From NCBI GenBank assembly GCA_049970055.1, contig JBMFNR010000001.1, forward strand, positions 224,001 to 288,000: DNA of 64,000 nucleotides, written 5' to 3'. The number at the start of each line of letters is the position of its first letter. The stretch's first letter is position 1. Source of the DNA: Fervidobacterium sp. (GTDB lineage Bacteria > Thermotogota > Thermotogae > Thermotogales > Fervidobacteriaceae). The notes under the pieces were generated by a model. The model was given only the letters and a program-made list of their open reading frames with translations. It did no database searches and was not told where the DNA came from. Shown one piece after another: positions 58,000 through 64,000 of the stretch. The translations under genes and the position numbers were made by a program.

Positions 58000-60360
58000 T
58001 TGGAAAAGTTCGCAGAATTATATGTGAAATTCATTCTCAGGCATGCAAACAAAGTTCTTATATTTTTAGTAATTATCTCCGCATTTTTGGGGATCTATGC
58101 GGCGTTTCGATTAAGGATAAACGCCGATATAACTGGTCTTGCGCCAAAAGATGATCAGAGGTTTCAAGATCTTATCAAGTATACAAGTGAGAAAGTGACT
58201 TCAAATACATTGCTTGTTGCTGTTTTCGGTATAAGAAAGCAAAATCCTGATGCAATAGTGAAAGACTTAAAAGAGCTCTTTGAAAGGTCTACGTATGTAA
58301 ACAAAGCTGAGGCTTTTGATAATCCAGAAACATTGGTTAAGTATGGAATGTTGTCGATAAACGAAAGCTCGATTTCGGAAAGTGTTAATTACTATCAAAG
58401 CTTGATTAGCGTAGAACCGCGCACACTTGTGGATTTTAGATTTTGGAGAAACCTAGGAACGACGCTATACGATCTAAACAATTACATTGAAGAATTGGTC
58501 AAGAAAAGTGGAATAAAAAAATATTATTTGATTTCCCCCGACAATGATTTGATAGTTATGAACTTTTCTATGTCTAAGCCAATGTCTAATGTTAGATTTG
58601 TGACCGAAGCAGTGGAATACTTGAAAACAGAAAGTAAAAAAATCGAAAAAAAGTACGACGTAGAGATTAAATTTTCCGGTGGAGTGATGAGTACTTACGA
58701 GGCAAACAAACAAGCTTCGAAAGATTTCACGCTAACAACTATAATTTCTATCGTTGGTATAGTGATAATTCTTATACTCGGTTTTGGAAGCTTGTTGGAA
58801 CTCTTTATTCTGTTCACGGGACTCATCGTAGCTATGGTGATAAGCTTGGGAATAATAGCATTACTTTTGAGAGAACTTAACATCGTCACAACATTTGTCA
58901 ATGCAATGTTGCTTGGACTAGGGATAGATTACGCTATGTACATAGTTACAAGAATCCAGGAAAGGTTTCACGTTGAGGGTGTTAGTGAAGAAAGTATTGT
59001 GAAGGCTTTTGTAGAAAATTTCCGCCCATCTTTTATTTCCATGTTGACAACAGCCCTCGCATTTTTCACAATGCTTTTCAGCCCATCGAATGCTATTAAA
59101 CAGATGGGGATATCTGTTTCAATCGGTATAGCAATCTACTTCTTTGTATTCAACTCAATTGTACCAGTATCCCATCAAAAGCTTTTAAACAAGTTTAAAA
59201 GAAGAGAGCGTGATACATACGTACGATTTGTTGATATAATAAGACGCAGCAAAGTACCATATATTTTCACAATCTTTGCAACTATCATTTTCACGCTTTT
59301 TGGTGTGTACTCTATAATGAATTTTTCATACACCACATCCAGCTTAATCGCAAGCAATTCCGAATCGCAAACAGTTGCTGATATGGTTTCTAAGAAATTT
59401 GGATCTGTAGGTACAAGTGATGTTGTAATTGCATTGCCAAGTGCTCAAGAATTAGAAAAAGCAATCGCAGACTTAAAAAAGAAAGGTATAATAACTTCAG
59501 ATTTTTCGATACTTTCATTTATCCATGACCCGGAAAGGATCGCCCAAGAAAAGTCGAATATCTATATTCAAGTTTTGCAATTAACACATGTACCTATTCT
59601 TGAAATCATCTTTAAAAAATATGGTCTGTATGAGAGCTTTGTATCAACAGTTGATGTAATAAAAAACATCTCAACAACGCAAGATTTGTTTAATTTGATG
59701 CAAAAAGATGTACCAAGTCTGTTTTACAAAGATATAAATGGTAAGATGTATTTATTATCGTACATTACACCTTCAATTCCAATTTGGGAAGGCAATAACA
59801 TTAAGAAATTTTTCAATTCTCTTCGAAATTACAGGACGTACGGCTATACTGCGCTATTTTACAATATAATTGAGGAACTTATCTCCTCAACTGTCTGGGT
59901 CTTTGGATTGGTCTTCCTTGTAGAATTAATAGTTCTTTACATAGACTTTAGAAATTTCAAAAAGTCACTTAATATAATGTTGTTAACGATATTAAACGCA
60001 CTTGCAGCGTTTGGTATTTCCTACCTGGTAGGAATCAAGACAACGTTTATAACATTCATTGTTTTGCCGATATTTTTAGGTATCGGTGTAGATAGCTTAG
60101 TGGAGATAGACCACAGTGTAAAATTTGGAAGGGAAAGTATCATAAAAACCGAGAAGGCCGTTATCATGAGCATTCTGACAACTGTCGTATCGTTTGCAAG
60201 CTTTTTACTTGCAGGGGGAAAATTACTCAGGGAATTTGGATTCGTAACCTCGGCTGGATTAGTTGGAGCTTTGTTTATTTCAATATTTTGGTATTTGAAT
60301 GTCATCGATCCACGCCCAGGAATAAACCAAAGAAAAAGGAATAGGGTTGATAAAGTATGA
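58000..60360 (+). CDS. MMPL/RND family lipid exporter
   Basis: Two repeats of TM + large extracytoplasmic loop + 5 TM; GLGIDY (TM4) and GIGVDS (TM10). Confidence 0.85.
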   Translation: MEKFAELYVKFILRHANKVLIFLVIISAFLGIYAAFRLRINADITGLAPKDDQRFQDLIKYTSEKVTSNTLLVAVFGIRKQNPDAIVKDLKELFERSTYVNKAEAFDNPETLVKYGMLSINESSISESVNYYQSLISVEPRTLVDFRFWRNLGTTLYDLNNYIEELVKKSGIKKYYLISPDNDLIVMNFSMSKPMSNVRFVTEAVEYLKTESKKIEKKYDVEIKFSGGVMSTYEANKQASKDFTLTTIISIVGIVIILILGFGSLLELFILFTGLIVAMVISLGIIALLLRELNIVTTFVNAMLLGLGIDYAMYIVTRIQERFHVEGVSEESIVKAFVENFRPSFISMLTTALAFFTMLFSPSNAIKQMGISVSIGIAIYFFVFNSIVPVSHQKLLNKFKRRERDTYVRFVDIIRRSKVPYIFTIFATIIFTLFGVYSIMNFSYTTSSLIASNSESQTVADMVSKKFGSVGTSDVVIALPSAQELEKAIADLKKKGIITSDFSILSFIHDPERIAQEKSNIYIQVLQLTHVPILEIIFKKYGLYESFVSTVDVIKNISTTQDLFNLMQKDVPSLFYKDINGKMYLLSYITPSIPIWEGNNIKKFFNSLRNYRTYGYTALFYNIIEELISSTVWVFGLVFLVELIVLYIDFRNFKKSLNIMLLTILNALAAFGISYLVGIKTTFITFIVLPIFLGIGVDSLVEIDHSVKFGRESIIKTEKAVIMSILTTVVSFASFLLAGGKLLREFGFVTSAGLVGALFISIFWYLNVIDPRPGINQRKRNRVDKV

Positions 60361-61565
60361 GGATATTAATGGTGTCGGACACTTATCTACCGCAGATAAA
60401 CGGTGTTGCTACATCTGTTTATTTATCGAAGAAGTATCTTGAAATGAGAGGCCATGAAGTTTTTGTAGTTGCGCCAGTTTCGCCTAATGATGATGAAAAA
60501 GTACTCGTGCTTCGTGGTCTCACTTTTCCGCTTGAGAAACAACACAAGATAGTCTTCGCTAACCATATAAGAATATTGGAATTTGTGAAGAAAAACGAAG
60601 TAGAGATTATACATAGCCATGATCCATTTGCTCTTGGTATAAGGGCCTTAAAAATACAGCGTGATATGAAAATTCCGCATGTTCATACTTACCATACCTT
60701 GTTAACTGAGTATCGACATTATTTACCGCCCCCATTTACACCGGATCGAAAGACAGTAGAGGAATTCTCACGATGGTTTTGCGACAGAGTAAACATCGTG
60801 ATCGCACCTACACAGGAGATTAAAGAAGAACTTTTAAGATACAAAATTCAAAGGCCTGTGGAGGTTATACCGACGGGAATAGATACGATAGAATTTTCAA
60901 AGCCCCCGGTAGTTGATATAAGGAAGAAATACAATATACCGAGATATGCGGTAGTTTTGATGTACGCTGGTAGACTTGCTAAAGAAAAGAATCTTGGATT
61001 TCTTTTTAATGTGGTGGCAAAGTACATGAAAGCACATCACGAAGTGTGGTTTTTGGTTGTTGGCGACGGTCCAGAGAGAAAAAGCTTGGAAGGGTTTGTT
61101 CAAGAAAATGGATTAAGTTCAAGAGCGGTATTCACAGGTTACGTACCACATAAAGAGATAAAAGATTACTATAAAGCATCAGATTTATTTGTTTTTGCTT
61201 CACTCACTGAAACACAAGGGCTCGTCGTACTTGAAGCACTTGCCAGTGGAACACCGGTGGTTGCCATTGCATACAAAGGTGTTGCAGACGTACTTGCTAA
61301 CGGTGAGGGAGCTATAACAACCCAAATCGACGAAGAAGAATTTTATAACGCGATTGATAAAGCGATATCTTTGAAAGATGAGCTAAGTTTGAAAGGCGTG
61401 GAGTATGTTGAAAAAAATTGGTCGATGAACACGATGGTTAGAAGGTTGGAAGATGTCTACACAAAAGCTTTAAACGAGGGATACATAGATTTTTACATGC
61501 CCTCAATAATAAACACGTCTATTCAGCTGAAAATAAGTCAACTCTTCCGAAAGATTATCGAATAA
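60357..61565 (+). CDS. GT4 glycosyltransferase, 1,2-diacylglycerol 3-glucosyltransferase-like
   Basis: SDTYLPQINGVATS, HTYHT, GRLAKEKN, SLTETQGLVVLEA. Confidence 0.85.
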   Translation: MRILMVSDTYLPQINGVATSVYLSKKYLEMRGHEVFVVAPVSPNDDEKVLVLRGLTFPLEKQHKIVFANHIRILEFVKKNEVEIIHSHDPFALGIRALKIQRDMKIPHVHTYHTLLTEYRHYLPPPFTPDRKTVEEFSRWFCDRVNIVIAPTQEIKEELLRYKIQRPVEVIPTGIDTIEFSKPPVVDIRKKYNIPRYAVVLMYAGRLAKEKNLGFLFNVVAKYMKAHHEVWFLVVGDGPERKSLEGFVQENGLSSRAVFTGYVPHKEIKDYYKASDLFVFASLTETQGLVVLEALASGTPVVAIAYKGVADVLANGEGAITTQIDEEEFYNAIDKAISLKDELSLKGVEYVEKNWSMNTMVRRLEDVYTKALNEGYIDFYMPSIINTSIQLKISQLFRKIIE

Positions 61566-61599
61566 AAAAAGATTATCAAAAAAATACAAAAAAGTTTGG

Positions 61600-62496
61600 C
61601 TATTTTCCTTTTATCTTTTCAAATTCTAAGATCTCTTCAAGCAACTTTCGATAACTTTCGTACCGAGAGTATGGAATTTTACCTTTTGACACTTGTTCTT
61701 TTACAAAACAACCCGGCTCATCGACATGAAAACAATCCGGGAAACAACAGCGGTCATTTTCGAACTCTAAGAATAGTTCTCTTAGCTTGAGCGCAGGGAT
61801 GTGATCAATCTCCAAACTTGCGAATCCGGGGGTGTCAACGACCCAACCTCCAAGAGACAATTTTAATAACTCAGCTGCTGTTGTCGTATGTTTTCCACGA
61901 CCAAGCTTTTCGGAAACACCATCGGTTCTTAGTTCCAAATTACTTTCGATGGAATTAAGCAAACTACTCTTCCCAACCCCCGACATGCCTGCAAAGACTG
62001 ATACTTTTCCGTAAAGTTGCATTTTCAAATCTTCAATACCGTATCCTTTTAGTGCACTTGTCTTAACTATAGGATACAATTTTCCGTAGATGTGTTCAAA
62101 TTCTTCTATTTTGACTCTGTCAATCAAATCGACTTTGTTGAGAACAAGCACTATCGGAAGATTCTCATATTCTACAAGAACAATAAATCTATCAAGAATA
62201 TCGAAAGGTACTTGAGGTCTTTCCAGAGTCGTTACTATAACAACCTGATCTATGTTAGCAACGCTCGGCTTTTTCAACTCCGATTTTCTATTTAGGATAT
62301 TTTCGACGACACCCTCGTTACCTATAACTTTTGTGTACTCAACGATATCGCCCGTTATAGGTCTTATTTTTTGTTTCTTAAACTTGCCACGGAGTCTGCA
62401 CAAAAATCGCTCGCCACTAGCCACATCTTCTACCACAAGTAGATTCGAATAAAATTTAACAACGAGTCCTTGTCTTCTTGTGCCTTGACTACTCAC
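61600..62496 (-). CDS. rsgA: Ribosome small subunit-dependent GTPase A
   Basis: NKVD, GMSGVGKSS, GKHTT, DTPG, C-terminal C.FPDC.H..EPGC. Confidence 0.93.
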   Translation of the reverse strand: MSSQGTRRQGLVVKFYSNLLVVEDVASGERFLCRLRGKFKKQKIRPITGDIVEYTKVIGNEGVVENILNRKSELKKPSVANIDQVVIVTTLERPQVPFDILDRFIVLVEYENLPIVLVLNKVDLIDRVKIEEFEHIYGKLYPIVKTSALKGYGIEDLKMQLYGKVSVFAGMSGVGKSSLLNSIESNLELRTDGVSEKLGRGKHTTTAAELLKLSLGGWVVDTPGFASLEIDHIPALKLRELFLEFENDRCCFPDCFHVDEPGCFVKEQVSKGKIPYSRYESYRKLLEEILEFEKIKGK

Positions 62497-63284
62497 TAAA
62501 ATTGCCCTCCCTCAACTGCTGTACTGTTTTGAGTTTCAGGTGTGCTAGTTGAATTTTCAATTTGTGTATTACTACCGCCTGTTGGTTCATTTTGTAATTG
62601 TTTGCTTTGAAGATCGACACTTGGCGGTACAATTTCGATGGGTCCTGATGGTTCAGTTACTGATGATGGTTGGGTTTGTAAAGTCCCTGATTCCGGTAAG
62701 GTATCTGATGAAATATTTGAATTTCCAGAAGCATTTCCAGAACTGATAAATAATGTTACATTATCCCAACTTCTAACAACACTCTTTGAAGTTGGCGCGG
62801 TTGATATCACTGTACCTGGAAATTCGGAAGCTGAAACGGTTTTAATTGTTGTACTCACATTGATTTCTTGTAGGATCTTCTGAACACTTTTGTACCAAGA
62901 GTACTTAAAGTCAGGAAGTATAATGCTAATGTTTTTAACGTTTTCTGTGAACAACTTAACTTCTCTTCCAAGTTTAACCCTTGTATTTGGTTCGGGATCC
63001 ATTTTTATAACACGGCCTTTATCACCGATTATTGTTACATGAAATCCCTTAGCCTTCAATTGCTCGGCAGCTACGTCAACATCCTGGTTTATATAACTTT
63101 CCAAAATTACAGTACCACGTTTTGCTTCAACGTACATAGAAAGGTAGAAAGTGAGCAAGCCCACTATTACTCCGACAAATAATCCAATTATTGTTAAAGT
63201 AACACTTATAGTCATGCGTGATAGAACACCTAGAATGTTTTTACTTTTGTGCATATTTTTTCTATTTCCTCTTTTATCTATCAA
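62496..63284 (-). CDS. Membrane-anchored PASTA-domain protein without kinase domain
   Basis: Short basic N-terminus, TM, two PASTA-like repeats (VIKMDPEPNTRVK; PGTVISTAP...VTLFISSG), Ser/Thr/Pro-rich tail. Confidence 0.7.
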   Translation of the reverse strand: MIDKRGNRKNMHKSKNILGVLSRMTISVTLTIIGLFVGVIVGLLTFYLSMYVEAKRGTVILESYINQDVDVAAEQLKAKGFHVTIIGDKGRVIKMDPEPNTRVKLGREVKLFTENVKNISIILPDFKYSWYKSVQKILQEINVSTTIKTVSASEFPGTVISTAPTSKSVVRSWDNVTLFISSGNASGNSNISSDTLPESGTLQTQPSSVTEPSGPIEIVPPSVDLQSKQLQNEPTGGSNTQIENSTSTPETQNSTAVEGGQF

Positions 63285-63308
63285 GACCTTCCCTCCTTTT
63301 GAATTACA

Positions 63309-64000
63309 TTAGTTCTTTTTTATGTATCTTCTTCTGAGCTGACCACATGCAGCGTCGATGTCTGTACCTTTTTCACGTCTAATTTCATTCTCAATATTGT
63401 GTTTATCTAATACTTCCTTAAACCGTTCGATAGCCCAGTGATGTGGCCTTTCAAATGTTAATCCGTTTGATGGGGGAACCGGGTTTACAGGTATCAGATT
63501 TACATAGGCACTCATGCCTTTCAGCAATTCAGCCAATTTTTCGGCATCATCAACAAAATCGTTGAATTCCCGGATGAGTATGTATTCAAACGTGACCCTG
63601 TTTTTTGTCAACTTTTGATATTCTTTAGCGGCATGAATTATCTCTTCGACGGAGTATTTTTTATTCATTGGTACGATTATATCCCTCTTATAATTACTTG
63701 GTGCGTGCAGTGATATCGCAAGTTTCACTTCTGGTAAATCGTGCCCAAGCTGGACGATCTTCTCCACAATACCAACGGTAGATATTGAGATCCTCCTCAT
63801 ACTTATGTTTTTACCCTTCTTATGATTTAATATCTTTACACTCTTCACTACTTCACTGTAATTGAGCAAAGGTTCGCCCATGCCCATGTAGACAATGTTA
63901 CCTATATTTACTTTCCTATGCTTTTCCATAGCGATTATCTGCGAAACAATTTCACCGGCTGTTAGGTTTCTCACAAATCCACTCTGACCAGTTGCACAAA
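63309..64000 (-). CDS. rlmN: 23S rRNA m2A2503/tRNA m2A37 radical SAM methyltransferase (5' part outside window)
   Basis: FCATGQSGFVRNL, MGMGEP, ISLHA, VNLIP, DIDAACGQL. Confidence 0.93.
   Translation of the reverse strand, partial: CATGQSGFVRNLTAGEIVSQIIAMEKHRKVNIGNIVYMGMGEPLLNYSEVVKSVKILNHKKGKNISMRRISISTVGIVEKIVQLGHDLPEVKLAISLHAPSNYKRDIIVPMNKKYSVEEIIHAAKEYQKLTKNRVTFEYILIREFNDFVDDAEKLAELLKGMSAYVNLIPVNPVPPSNGLTFERPHHWAIERFKEVLDKHNIENEIRREKGTDIDAACGQLRRRYIKKN

Noticed and set aside
61550..61600. Short AAAGATTATC direct repeat and A-runs between the GT4 gene and rsgA
   Set aside because: Low complexity; no hairpin, inverted repeats or transposase to suggest a mobile-element scar

Overview
A gene-dense, AT-rich bacterial chromosome segment. 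Gene content and protein sequences point to Thermotogae, most plausibly Fervidobacterium (inference from recalled family resemblance, not a search). Contents in order: two Asp23-like genes; a B12-dependent ornithine-oxidation operon (ord-ortA-ortB-oraS-oraE) followed by pruA; a small, strongly promoted Thr/Glu tandem-repeat membrane protein; a long minus-strand run (LysM/M23, prmA, DUF501, NYN, rlmH, flgMNKL, tRNA methyltransferase, purB); mnmG, an amidohydrolase, pfkA, a LonC-like protease, ispE, a NUDIX protein and a GlmL-like mutase reactivase; a sugar ABC transporter with a ROK regulator; lemA; purFNHDM; yicC-remA-gmk-rpoZ; tkt; an iron alcohol dehydrogenase; a PqaA-like hydrolase; a GH13 amylase; a response regulator with trkA-trkA-trkH; an AMMECR1 protein, MFS protein, trmI, ctpA, an MMPL transporter and a GT4; and rlmN-PASTA-rsgA. 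I saw no rRNA, tRNA, CRISPR array or mobile element. The most notable observations are: a PurH lacking its IMP cyclohydrolase domain; a probable CUG start for prmA; a flagellar unit nested in a housekeeping run, with a sigma-28 promoter on the rlmH stop codon and a terminator inside the next CDS; the repeat protein; an MMPL plus glycolipid-type GT pair; and a kinase-less PASTA protein in the position where Firmicutes have prkC. Several starts were adjusted from the ORF track using RBS evidence.
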